A DNA stretch of 23,031 bases. Source: Candidatus Aenigmatarchaeota archaeon (lineage in GTDB: Archaea > Aenigmatarchaeota > Aenigmatarchaeia > PWEA01). Each line of letters opens with the position of its first letter. The first letter of the stretch is position 1. Made by a program: the position numbers and the translations under genes. Below, piece after piece: positions 1-9,297 of the stretch. The notes beneath the pieces were generated by a model. That model was not told the DNA's origin. It saw nothing but the letters and a program-made list of their open reading frames with translations, and made no database searches. Location of the stretch: positions 1 through 23,031 of the forward strand of contig JBKHHD010000010.1 in NCBI GenBank assembly GCA_046539325.1. Direction: 5' to 3'.

Positions 1-1047
1 GAGACCGTTTCTGTTGAAGCCGCCCCGGATGATGGCTGGGAGTTCGTGGAATGGGAGGGAGATGTCGACACAGACAACAAAACTCTCGAGCTAACCATGG
101 ACGGGAACAAATCCGTAACCGCGCTCTTCGAAGAATCCGACACGGAAGAAAACGGCACGGCAAACTCCATAGAAATTGTTGAACTTCCGGAAGCTGTCGG
201 TTTCGGCGAAACCTTCAACATAGGACTGGATGTAACGAGGAACAAGACTCAGGCACATACAGTTTATATAAACGTGAGAAGGCCGGAGGACAACTGGCGT
301 GTTACAGAGGAAGTTGTAACCAAGGTGGGAGACAGGACCGAAGGAAGGAATATGAACTACAGCCTTTTTGTTCCTGTTTCGCTTGATCCCAACTGCGACG
401 GAAATTTTAGCACCGGAGAGTACGAGGTAGTGGCCGAAGGTCTAGGCGAAGAGGACAGAAAATACCTCGAAATATCGGATCTGGAGGATTCATGTGAAAA
501 GAAAGTTGAGAAAGAGGTCGTGGAAAGGGAAACGGAGACGGTCTACAGGGAAAGAGAGTTTGAACTGATAGGACACGACAAAGAGGTCGAGCAAGGAGCT
601 AAAATAAACACAGAGGTTCTTATAAGGAATCCTGGGAACAACACAGAGAACTTCACTGTTTACTCTTATGCTTACGACGGTAAAACACCCCTTACCAAGG
701 GAGGATGGACCGGAAACGAAAGGTCGATCGAACTCAAGGCAGAAGAGAAGGAGATTTTAAGGCTAAAAAATACTGTAAAGGATTCTGCCCCGGTCGGAGT
801 ACATGATTTCAAAGTGAGGATAGAGGACGAGGAGGATCTAGAGTCGGAGGTAGAGATACGTGAGAAGAAAAATACCACAGCCGAAGAAGACAAGGAACAA
901 AATCAGACAGAGGAGGAAACCGTTGCCGAGGACAAAGATAATGAGACTGAAGGAACAAAGGAGACAAAAACGTCGGCTACAGGAGATATTTACAGACGAA
1001 GAGGCCCACTTGAAAGCATTATCCAGTCCTTGATTAACCTGTTCTAG
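1..1047 (+). CDS. Secreted/surface protein, 5'-truncated; InlB-B/Flg_new-like repeat followed by Ig-like domains and an acidic linker
   Basis: Frame is open from base 1 (ETVSVEAAPDDGWEFVEWEGD...LTMDGNKSVTALF, typical of divergent InlB B-repeats). Beta-rich domains, E/T-rich linker, C-terminal 'TG...LESIIQSLINLF' tail. Confidence 0.6.
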   Translation, partial: ETVSVEAAPDDGWEFVEWEGDVDTDNKTLELTMDGNKSVTALFEESDTEENGTANSIEIVELPEAVGFGETFNIGLDVTRNKTQAHTVYINVRRPEDNWRVTEEVVTKVGDRTEGRNMNYSLFVPVSLDPNCDGNFSTGEYEVVAEGLGEEDRKYLEISDLEDSCEKKVEKEVVERETETVYREREFELIGHDKEVEQGAKINTEVLIRNPGNNTENFTVYSYAYDGKTPLTKGGWTGNERSIELKAEEKEILRLKNTVKDSAPVGVHDFKVRIEDEEDLESEVEIREKKNTTAEEDKEQNQTEEETVAEDKDNETEGTKETKTSATGDIYRRRGPLESIIQSLINLF

Positions 1048-2732
1048 AGAACTTTTTCGAGAATCTTGCCGTAGACAGGCCTGGTTATTAGGACTCCTGC
1101 AAGAACTCCAATTATTGTTGTAATGGCGAAACCTCTCATCATCCCTGTGCCCACGAATCCCAGAACAACCATGGCCATTATAGTGGTCGCTGCTGCCGTG
1201 AAAACTATAAAGAAGGCCCTCTTAATCCTTCTTTTGAGTGAGTATCTGCTCTTGTCTTCATCCTTCTGTCTTACAGTCTCCGAGGTTATAACGATCTGAT
1301 CGTCCACAGAGGAACCAATGGCTGCTATGATTCCTGCTATAGCAGGCAGATCTATGGTCCAGTTTACCAGAGAGGCAACTCCAAGTATTATCAATACTTC
1401 GGAAAAGGAGGTGAGAAGTACCGGGGCAACTATCTCTTTCCTCCTGAAAATTATGTATACTAAGACCGTGACGGCCAAGAGAGCTCCGAAACCTGCTATT
1501 ATCGAGGACCGTATCATCTCTTCACCAAGTCTTGGACTTATCGAATCAAGCTGAACCCTCTTGAGCTCCACAGGAAGCTTACCGCTGTCGAGCACAGACT
1601 GAAGCCTTCCCATCTCTTCAAGGGCACCCTCCTTTGTCTCTCTTGATCCTGTGATAACGGGCTCATTTACAACATCCCCTATAAGAGTCGGTTGTATACT
1701 AAGCTCTGTAACCGGTTCTTTATCCATAAAGAGGTGCATCATAGAGTCCTCGTGTCCCTGGGTTAGAACTGAAAACCTCTCGGCACCAGAATCGGATATG
1801 AGAATTCTAAAACTGAACTCATACAGTCCGCTCTCTCTGTTCTGCCTTACATAGGCGTCTCTTCCTGACCTGTAAACATGTTTTATGTCCTCTGAGTCGT
1901 ATATCTTACCGGCTATAACTACGCTATCCTCCGTTATGTTCCGGGTCTCAAAGGTTATATTCATCTCGCCTACGCCATCGGCGTGGGGCTCCTCTACAGT
2001 AAGGTTAAAGGTGGTGTTCTCCTTAAGAAGCTTGTCCTGGTAATATACGGCACCGTCCTCCCTTCTGAGGGTATGTGTTTCTTCGTCAACTACAAAGTCT
2101 GTAGTGGTCCCGTTGTCGAAGTCCACCTGCCTCGGTATAAATGCCTCAAAGTTCCCCGTCCTTTCAATAAGTCCCGTCACTACGTCTCTTCCGACGCCGG
2201 CAGCCTCAATCTGAATGTAGTCGTTTCCGAGGGTCTCAAACTCCATTTCCTCAAGACCGAACACGTTCAGCCTGGTACTGAGGGCGGTTATAGTTTCAGT
2301 GAGTATTTCACTTTTCTCTGTCTGGTTCAAACCCTCCTCAAACTGTGGCTCGAGAAGGACACGTGTCCCTCCGACAAGGTCCATTCCAAGATCCAGATTT
2401 ACCAGTCTTGCCTCCTCTGTTTCAAGACCAAGCCCTGTTCCGTCTGACTGCACTACAACAAGACCTTCATTGGCGGTCTGAACGTTCATAGTACCTTCAT
2501 AATTCTCAAACTCCATGAGATCCCTTGGACCGTTTACGGAAACCTCATTTATACTGAGAATTCTATCGCCCGTCTCTACACTTCCTTCAAACGGCGAGTC
2601 GTCTCCTATATCAGTAACTACGGCCCCACTGGCAAATGGGTTTGAGAAAAGGGAAAATAGTGAGAGAGCCAGGGCTACAATGAGTACCCACACTCTCCAC
2701 TCATCCAACAAACTTTTAACAGTATCTATCAT
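1044..2732 (-). CDS. secD: Protein translocase subunit SecD
   Basis: LGMDLVGGTRVLL, RLNVFGLEE, IDLPAIAGIIAAIGSSVDDQIVI, MRGFAITTIIG motifs; six-TM pattern; adjacent to secF. Confidence 0.93.
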   Translation of the reverse strand: MIDTVKSLLDEWRVWVLIVALALSLFSLFSNPFASGAVVTDIGDDSPFEGSVETGDRILSINEVSVNGPRDLMEFENYEGTMNVQTANEGLVVVQSDGTGLGLETEEARLVNLDLGMDLVGGTRVLLEPQFEEGLNQTEKSEILTETITALSTRLNVFGLEEMEFETLGNDYIQIEAAGVGRDVVTGLIERTGNFEAFIPRQVDFDNGTTTDFVVDEETHTLRREDGAVYYQDKLLKENTTFNLTVEEPHADGVGEMNITFETRNITEDSVVIAGKIYDSEDIKHVYRSGRDAYVRQNRESGLYEFSFRILISDSGAERFSVLTQGHEDSMMHLFMDKEPVTELSIQPTLIGDVVNEPVITGSRETKEGALEEMGRLQSVLDSGKLPVELKRVQLDSISPRLGEEMIRSSIIAGFGALLAVTVLVYIIFRRKEIVAPVLLTSFSEVLIILGVASLVNWTIDLPAIAGIIAAIGSSVDDQIVITSETVRQKDEDKSRYSLKRRIKRAFFIVFTAAATTIMAMVVLGFVGTGMMRGFAITTIIGVLAGVLITRPVYGKILEKVL

Positions 2733-3625
2733 CTTTCAACCCACCATCTAATGAGAGATGCGTTTCCGAACCATGTAGATACGAAATCTATCAAGAGAGC
2801 TATTATTAAAACGGAGGCCACCTCTCTAAGTGCAGCTGCAGTAGTGGCCAAATATAGAATCGTGAGGGCTGATAAAGTCGTGGTCATCATTCCCATGTTT
2901 GTCTTCATTGCCGAAAAAACTCTCTCAGAAACTGTGCCTTTCTTCCTCTTTATAACTCTTGTCACCAGAACCACATCTGAGTCGACGGAATAACCTATAA
3001 CCAAAAGCAGACCTGCGAAGGACGCAAGGGTCATGGGTATCTGGAAGACCTGCATCATGGCAAGTACAACTATCATATCCATGCTAACGGCATAAAGTAT
3101 AGCTACGACCGGAACGAAGTCCCTGAAAACAAACAGTACAACTACTCCCATAAATACAAAGGCACCTATGAGTGCAAGGCGTGACTGCTCCCAAAACCCT
3201 CCTGCGAGGCTCGGATCCACTTCATTGAAGGTATACTCATCGACCTCCATACCGTAGTCGCGTAGTATATTGATTATTTCATCTTCAGTGGAGTCTATAC
3301 GTGTCCTCACCTCTATTCCACGGGACGTTGCCGACACTGATTGCCTCACCTGAGCTTCAACGTCTGCATCCGCAAAATGCCTCTCTAGGTCCCTGGAACT
3401 TATATCCATATCCTCAGGTATCTCCGCTGTAAGCTGATTTCCTCCTTTGAGGGTAAGACCTTTAAGAAACCACTCGCCGGCCTCTTTGTTTCCTCTCTCC
3501 CTCTGCATGTTGAAGTAAAGGAAGCTTGAAGAGGCTATAAGTAGAACTAGCGAAATCGCGAAAAGCATTCTCTTGTCTGCTCCGTCATACCAATCCTGAA
3601 GACCCTTTATCGTACTCTCGAGCAT
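2729..3625 (-). CDS. secF: Protein translocase subunit SecF
   Basis: GLTLKGG and LASFAGLLLVIGYSVDSDVVL motifs; ATGA overlap with secD. Confidence 0.93.
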   Translation of the reverse strand: MLESTIKGLQDWYDGADKRMLFAISLVLLIASSSFLYFNMQRERGNKEAGEWFLKGLTLKGGNQLTAEIPEDMDISSRDLERHFADADVEAQVRQSVSATSRGIEVRTRIDSTEDEIINILRDYGMEVDEYTFNEVDPSLAGGFWEQSRLALIGAFVFMGVVVLFVFRDFVPVVAILYAVSMDMIVVLAMMQVFQIPMTLASFAGLLLVIGYSVDSDVVLVTRVIKRKKGTVSERVFSAMKTNMGMMTTTLSALTILYLATTAAALREVASVLIIALLIDFVSTWFGNASLIRWWVER

Positions 3626-3711
3626 ACTAACCTCTTTTTTAGTTCAATGTTATTAAAAACTATGGAACACAGTTTGTATAAGACTTAATATAAATAAATA
3701 TAGGTGTGCGA
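3626..3711. promoter_or_regulatory. Divergent promoter region (secF / TctA-like)
   Basis: AT-rich gap with TATA-like TTAATATAAATA at about 3685-3696 and TTATTAAAAA at about 3650-3659; AGGTG RBS before ATG 3712. Confidence 0.5.
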
Positions 3712-4893
3712 ATGCTCGAGGTTCTAGCATTCCTGCTTGCTGGTGTCCTCATAGGAATACTCACAGGTCTTATACCCGGTTTTCATCCCAATCTTATAGC
3801 AACGCTTGCGGTTAGCTATGCGTTCTTCTCGCCCCTCAGTTCTTCAGTGCTTCTGGTTTCTGCCGGCGTGACGAACACTTTCGTGAACTTCATACCGGCA
3901 GTTTACCTTGGTGCTCCTTCCGCTTCCACGGCACTTTCCGTTCTTCCAGGCCACAAGCTTCTTCTCAAAGGAAGGGGAAGAGAAGCTATAAGACTTACGG
4001 TTGTTGGTGGTTTAGTCTCGGTATTCCTTGCAACTGCTCTCTTCCCGGTTCTTTACTTCGGACTCGAAACAGCTTACGGGGCACTTGAATCCTACATTCC
4101 CTACCTACTTATTGGTATAATTCTCTACATGGTTTGGAAGGATAGGAGGGTGGATTCGGTATTTTTCTTCTTTCTGTCGGGTCTTCTCGGATATGTGGTT
4201 CTTGAGCACAACTTTATAGGAACTATGCACGACCTTTTTCCGCTTCTGGCTGGCCTTTTTGGTATCCCTATGCTTGTCCATTCGTTCAGAAAGGATCCAA
4301 AAATACCAATGGAAGATAGATCCATAGAACATATAAGCAGTAGGGAAGTCCTGAGAGAAGGAACTTTGGGTTCAATAGCTGGAATAATAGTTGGCTTGCT
4401 ACCAGGAATAGGTTCAGCGCAGGCAACCTACTTAGTAAGAGAGGTCACTGACGAGGACAGTGAAAGAGGGTTCATGCTTGCTATTGGTGGTGTAAACACC
4501 TCCAATATACTTGTCTCAGTTTTCGCAGTATACCTTATAGGGAAAGGAAGGAGCGGTGTAGCTGTTTCAATACAGAACCTCATCCAAAATATAACCTTCA
4601 ATGAAGTAACTGTCCTTGTCCTTACAGGATTAATATCAGCAGGCCTTGCGGCTGCAGCTGCTATATACCTTGCAAGACACAGCCTCCGCCTCTTCAGAAA
4701 CCTCAACTACAGAAAGCTCTGCATGGCTGTTATGGTTTTTATATTCTCTGTTTCAGGCCTGCTGACAGGTCTGAAGGGTCTTGCTGTAGCTGCAGTGGCT
4801 TCATTTATAGGACTTTCCTGCCTACTTTCAGGCTCAAGGAGGAGCTACCTTATGGGCTCCATACTTTTTCCTGTAATCCTGTTCTTTCTGTAG
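3712..4893 (+). CDS. Tripartite tricarboxylate transporter TctA-family (archaeal DUF112) membrane protein
   Basis: Two repeats of the GLIPG/GLLPG motif, FIPAVYLGAP, SVLPGHKLLLKGRG; highly hydrophobic. Start placed at ATG 3712 after AGGTG. Confidence 0.85.
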   Translation: MLEVLAFLLAGVLIGILTGLIPGFHPNLIATLAVSYAFFSPLSSSVLLVSAGVTNTFVNFIPAVYLGAPSASTALSVLPGHKLLLKGRGREAIRLTVVGGLVSVFLATALFPVLYFGLETAYGALESYIPYLLIGIILYMVWKDRRVDSVFFFFLSGLLGYVVLEHNFIGTMHDLFPLLAGLFGIPMLVHSFRKDPKIPMEDRSIEHISSREVLREGTLGSIAGIIVGLLPGIGSAQATYLVREVTDEDSERGFMLAIGGVNTSNILVSVFAVYLIGKGRSGVAVSIQNLIQNITFNEVTVLVLTGLISAGLAAAAAIYLARHSLRLFRNLNYRKLCMAVMVFIFSVSGLLTGLKGLAVAAVASFIGLSCLLSGSRRSYLMGSILFPVILFFL

Positions 4894-4901
4894 TGCCTAA
4901 A
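4889..4901 (+). repeat. Dispersed 14-bp motif, copy 1 (13/14: cTGTAGTGCCTAAA)
   Basis: Contains both the TAG stop of the TctA-like gene (4891-4893) and the opposite-strand TAG stop of the PAP2 gene (4897-4899). Confidence 0.9.
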
Positions 4902-5346
4902 AGTCTTTCAGAAATGAACCGAGCTTTCGGTTTATATAGTCCTTTTTTGAAAGACAAAGGTAGGAAACAAAAAGCGCTATGATGATACTAGCGGCTAAAT
5001 CCACGGGCACGTGAACATTAAAATGGATCCTTGTGTAGGCTACCAAACCTCCGTAGGCTAGAATCAGGGACCTACCCTTCCACGAAGGAAAAAATAAAAG
5101 TGGTGTGAATGCAATGGAGGTATGTCCTGAGGGAAAACGTGGTGTAACAACGTCAATTAAAGCGCCCTCAGGCCTCGGAACATTCAATCCGTACTTCAGT
5201 CCGTAGGTCACAACTAAAACAAAGAAGAGGGAAGATATGTAAGGGTAGAGTTTCTCCCTGTCCCTGTAGTAGAGGTAGAGAGGAACTAGAAAAAAAGCTA
5301 CAAACCTTGCTGTGTATGTTGTAATTAGTAAAAGTCCATCAATCAT
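4897..5346 (-). CDS. PAP2-family phosphatase
   Basis: KYGLNVPRP, FPSGH and TRIHFNVHVPVD match the three PAP2 motifs. Confidence 0.9.
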   Translation of the reverse strand: MIDGLLLITTYTARFVAFFLVPLYLYYRDREKLYPYISSLFFVLVVTYGLKYGLNVPRPEGALIDVVTPRFPSGHTSIAFTPLLFFPSWKGRSLILAYGGLVAYTRIHFNVHVPVDLAASIIIALFVSYLCLSKKDYINRKLGSFLKDF

Positions 5347-8074
5347 CCATATTGACCTTCTTTCCTATTGAGCCGTTGCCTACTATGTAAACGTCTCCAC
5401 CGCAGCTACACCTCCCTTTAAGCGGAACGCGCCTGAAGTCCTTTTTACAGTCCTTGCACTGAAAACCGTTGAGTTCTTCTACAGTAGTATCATCGGGATC
5501 CTTGTTGACGGAAACGTCCCTGTCCCTGTTAACTGTGCTCCCGTTTACAATTTCATCCATGGTGGCCTGTCTTCCGTCGCCTAAAAGCTCCTGTTTATCG
5601 ACACCTATAACGTTGAAAATTCTCTCCAGTGGTGGAAGAAGCTGGGAGTTGATGTAGTAGTCTGTGTCGACCTTCAGATTGTTCTCCCTTATATAGTCTG
5701 GGTCTTCGACACGCTTTGAAATCATCTGGTTACCTTCTATTATAACGTAGGGAATCCTCTGTCCGGGTGTCGGAGCATTCGAAGGATCTCTCTTTTCCAT
5801 TTTCTTCGCAAGCTCTATATGTGGAAGAACTCCATCGTAACTGTCTATCTTCTTGGTTATCGACTTCACGACCTGAAGTTTTTCCAAAGAAACCTCTCTG
5901 TTGGATATTTTTTGTATGATTTCCTTGACGTGGTCTATAGCCTTGTTTATGTCTCCTTCCTTCAGTATTATATCTATAACGTCCTCCATCGTGTCTGAAA
6001 CTATTTCAGGCCAGTCCCTTCTAACGGTTTCTATGCCCTTCATATCTATACCTTCCTCCCAGTCATCCCCGCTCTTTTCAAACTTCCAGCCAGCATATCT
6101 CTTCTTCGTCAAAATCAGGAAGGATCGGTATATCTTCTCAGGCTCAAGTATAAGCCTTCGAGGAAGCTCGTCCGTTATAAACTGGGATATCTCCTGTGAG
6201 ATCTTATGTGCCTCGTCAAGGTTCTTAGTCTCTGCGTCTATCATAACCGAGTCCGTGTCACCATAGACAGTCCTGTAGCCGTACTCGTCCTCGATCATAT
6301 CCCTTGTTTTTTCAATTGTAACTCTGCCCCAAGCAGTTATAGCGTTAGCTATCTCCAGTCGGTACAGCCTCGTTCTGTAGTAGCCTGTGTAGCCGTAGAA
6401 GCTGTTTGTCATTATCTTTATAGCTAGCTGCTTAGCGTCGAGTCTGTTGTACTCCTTTTCATTACCCCCCTCCTTCGCCTTTGCCCTTTCCTTTTTAACC
6501 TCCGTCCTAGCGTCAATAAGATCTTCGACTGTCTTTGCGAGGATTCCTTTTCTAACGTCCCTGTTCACGAAGTAGCCTCCTGTGGGTGATTCATTCACAT
6601 CGTCCTCATCGAGATCGTATTCATCTAAGTCTTCTAAAAGAAGCGTTGTAGGGCAGATATTATAAGTACTCATTATAGACGGGTACAGCGACTTGAAGTC
6701 AAGTACAGCTATGCAGGATTCTGTGTGAAGACCCTTGTCCGGTTCCAGAACAAGTCCACCCTTGAGAGCTTCCTCCTTCCTTCTCTCGTTTCTCCTTTCC
6801 ATTTCCTCGTCTGAAGGCTTTTCCGGGAAGACGAAGTCCCTCTCTCTGAACTCATATAGAAGCATGTTGCTTATACGCTGTGTCTGCCCGCCGAAGCAGT
6901 CACTGAGAACAAGCCTTGAGATCTTCGCTAGCTCAAAGAACTTGTCAAGAAGGCTCTGCTCCAAAAGCAGCCTTAATGCAAGTTCAGCGTCCTTCTCACA
7001 GTAGTCAATAAACCTCTGAAGATCTTCCCCTGAGGAGTTCCATAACTCCTTCATCTCCTCGTACTCTACGTCCTCCTTATTCTCGCCGAGCAGTTCCTCG
7101 GAAACGCTGTCGAGGTCGTACCGCATCATTCTGTGGTATACATCGTTCTTAAGGATCGTATAAGGATCAGCTATCACCCTTCCTGTTATCTTCACGTCCG
7201 TGCTGTTCCCGTATGTATTACAGTAAACGTTTTTCTCGCACCTTCCAAAGTCCTTTCTCAGGTCGTGTTTGTCCAGTCTCTTAACAAGGTAAGAAAGGTC
7301 GAAGTCCTCTACATTGTAACCGGTTATGACGTCCGGATCGTACTCATTTATTATATCAAGGAACTCCTCAAGCATCTCCTCCTCGTTTTCAAAGTGTCTG
7401 CCTGTCGTGCTTCCAGGTTTAGCTACAAGCACCATATTTTTCTGACCCTTATGCTCGGGCGAGAAGGAACATGAGATAAGAACTATAGGGTCCTTGTCCG
7501 CATCGACCATTCGTCCCTCTTCCTGTGCAATACACTCTATGTCGAAGGAAAGGTATTTCAGGTTAGCGTTTTTCCTAGCTTCAATTGGTTCTATGTTTTC
7601 AACCTCTACGGCCTTACAGTTAACTATCTCTGTGTCCACGTACTTACCGTCTACTTCAACCCAGTGCATACCACCTAGATCGTTGTCTATTATGTACCTG
7701 TACTTGAACAGTATGTCTGTCTCGTATAGATTCTTTACAGGACCTTTATCTCTCAAGTACTCCCTCATCTCACGAACCGTGGACGGGTTTCTGAGAACTA
7801 TCTTAAGTATCTTCTTCTTTTCGTCGTCATAGCCTATGGGTGTGTATCTTTCCACTTCCCCTATCTTCTCTACGGCGCCTTCGTACTCATCCTCTATAAG
7901 CTCTAAAATTTCCTCCTTAGAACCGTTGTGGTTTTCCGGCAAACAGTAGAAATAAGGTCTGAAGCTATTGTCAAGGGCGCAGACAGTTTCACCGTCTTCG
8001 GTCTTGCCGAAAAGTCTGACTACAGGCTTGTTGTTAACCATCTTGTAGTCAGCGTCGAGTATCTGCATTTTCAT
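5339..8074 (-). CDS. polB: Family B DNA polymerase with C-terminal Zn finger
   Basis: ExoI FDIE, ExoII YNVEDFDLSYL, ExoIII YCEKDA; polymerase motifs DFKSLYPS, KIMTNSFYGY, YGDTDS, KKRY; C-terminal CKDC...CSC. Likely start ATG 8074 (MKMQILD). Confidence 0.97.
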   Translation of the reverse strand: MKMQILDADYKMVNNKPVVRLFGKTEDGETVCALDNSFRPYFYCLPENHNGSKEEILELIEDEYEGAVEKIGEVERYTPIGYDDEKKKILKIVLRNPSTVREMREYLRDKGPVKNLYETDILFKYRYIIDNDLGGMHWVEVDGKYVDTEIVNCKAVEVENIEPIEARKNANLKYLSFDIECIAQEEGRMVDADKDPIVLISCSFSPEHKGQKNMVLVAKPGSTTGRHFENEEEMLEEFLDIINEYDPDVITGYNVEDFDLSYLVKRLDKHDLRKDFGRCEKNVYCNTYGNSTDVKITGRVIADPYTILKNDVYHRMMRYDLDSVSEELLGENKEDVEYEEMKELWNSSGEDLQRFIDYCEKDAELALRLLLEQSLLDKFFELAKISRLVLSDCFGGQTQRISNMLLYEFRERDFVFPEKPSDEEMERRNERRKEEALKGGLVLEPDKGLHTESCIAVLDFKSLYPSIMSTYNICPTTLLLEDLDEYDLDEDDVNESPTGGYFVNRDVRKGILAKTVEDLIDARTEVKKERAKAKEGGNEKEYNRLDAKQLAIKIMTNSFYGYTGYYRTRLYRLEIANAITAWGRVTIEKTRDMIEDEYGYRTVYGDTDSVMIDAETKNLDEAHKISQEISQFITDELPRRLILEPEKIYRSFLILTKKRYAGWKFEKSGDDWEEGIDMKGIETVRRDWPEIVSDTMEDVIDIILKEGDINKAIDHVKEIIQKISNREVSLEKLQVVKSITKKIDSYDGVLPHIELAKKMEKRDPSNAPTPGQRIPYVIIEGNQMISKRVEDPDYIRENNLKVDTDYYINSQLLPPLERIFNVIGVDKQELLGDGRQATMDEIVNGSTVNRDRDVSVNKDPDDTTVEELNGFQCKDCKKDFRRVPLKGRCSCGGDVYIVGNGSIGKKVNMDD

Positions 8075-8142
8075 ATTATCTTTAACCCACAAACCTTAGT
8101 TGTTTTTCTAAGGTTATATCTCTTAAATTTTTCCTGTTAAAT

Positions 8143-9150
8143 TCAGATCTCAATTTCATCAACTTCCCTCGTCTTAAGGTTTACTAAAAAGGCTGTATCG
8201 TCCGTAGTGGAAAGTAATGTAACACCTTTATAGTTTGTCATAACGCTTTCATTTCCCTTAACGTGAAGTATATCAGGAACCTTCCTTATAAGGTATCTGT
8301 CCTGTAATGAATGCATCTCTAAAGGATCCAGATGTCTCTTCTTCAACAGAGCTACCAGGGCTTCCTTTGTGTCCGCTTCAAGCTCTCTTTCAGCCTTCAC
8401 TAAGGCTTCACCGTCGTGAAGAAGGATATGTAAGTCTCCAAGATCACACCTCACGGGATCTATATCCGAAAGCTCGTCAGGTTCCTCGGAGATATGAACT
8501 GCCTCTTTATCTCCTTTTTGTTCAGAAGCGCAGAAAACATAATCAGGCTCTATATCCCTTAAACGTTCCTTCACGTCATCGTTGACCTCAGAAACAAAGA
8601 GCGCAGTGAACTCCTGATCAAGTGTCGGTACGTTTCTTCTTATAGGAACGTCGGGGTTGACTATCTTACTTGGACTCATTATTACATCTTCATTCACGAT
8701 AACCTCTCCCTTAACCCCAATTACCTCGTCCTCGAGAAACTTCTCGTCTGTCTTAAGGGTAAGCTCCCCCGTCTTATCCTCAATTAAAACATTACCGTCG
8801 TCTACCTTTCTCACCATTCCTATTACGGAGGACTTTCCTGAGGATAGGTTGTTTATAGAGGATATATTTGCGTCGTCCAGCCTGTTTTTAACCTCCTCTT
8901 TGAGAAACTCAAATCTATCGAGGTAGAACTCTGTAAGTTCAGAAACATGTACTTCACCCCCTCCGCCTTCACCGTGATGAACTATCTCTGGCTTAGGGAT
9001 CTTTACTTCTTGGATATCTTTCTTAGTAATAACAAGTCCGCTTGATTCTATTACTCTTTCCATATCTTCAGTTTCCAGACTACCTGCTTCTTCTAAGACT
9101 TCTGGACTTAACAGCTTTCCCTTACTAAGGAAGTCTTCTACTGCGTTCAT
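8143..9150 (-). CDS. PolD small subunit (DP1)-like protein, shortened, nuclease motifs degenerate
   Basis: OB-fold segment SVIGMV...IEDKTG...LEDEVIGVKG, plus KKRHLDP and VPDILH are DP1-like. Metal-binding motifs SDxH, GD, GNHD and GHxH are not recognisable. Start is 9150 (TGATG overlap) or 9159. Confidence 0.8.
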   Translation of the reverse strand: MNAVEDFLSKGKLLSPEVLEEAGSLETEDMERVIESSGLVITKKDIQEVKIPKPEIVHHGEGGGGEVHVSELTEFYLDRFEFLKEEVKNRLDDANISSINNLSSGKSSVIGMVRKVDDGNVLIEDKTGELTLKTDEKFLEDEVIGVKGEVIVNEDVIMSPSKIVNPDVPIRRNVPTLDQEFTALFVSEVNDDVKERLRDIEPDYVFCASEQKGDKEAVHISEEPDELSDIDPVRCDLGDLHILLHDGEALVKAERELEADTKEALVALLKKRHLDPLEMHSLQDRYLIRKVPDILHVKGNESVMTNYKGVTLLSTTDDTAFLVNLKTREVDEIEI

Positions 9151-9296
9151 CAGAACCATTTATTTTCTGTTAAAAAACTTCCAAGGCTTTCTTTGGGAAC
9201 TATGAACTCTTTCATTCCTTCATTTTCCTTCATGAATGAAACCTTTACCTTTGAAATACCTCTGTCTTCCCATTCCTTAAGAACCATCTTTTTCAT
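9150..9296 (-). CDS. Small hypothetical protein, 48 aa (MKKMVLKEWEDRGISKVKVSFMKENEGMKEFIVPKESLGSFLTENKWF); not in the ORF track
   Basis: Translated by hand. Starts 1 nt after the cdc6 stop, and its TGA overlaps the DP1-like ATG (TGATG), filling the gap exactly. Confidence 0.65.
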   Translation of the reverse strand: MKKMVLKEWEDRGISKVKVSFMKENEGMKEFIVPKESLGSFLTENKWF

Positions 9297-9297
9297 T

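Noticed and set aside
2450-2457. Partial motif matches (GCACTACA at 2450, GTAGTGC near 16909, GCCTAAA near 10983)
   Set aside because: Only 7-8 bp inside coding sequence, which is expected by chance.
8143-9150. DP1-like gene as a pseudogene
   Set aside because: The reading frame is uninterrupted, tightly coupled to its neighbours, and retains structural motifs; this fits an inactivated but functional subunit better.
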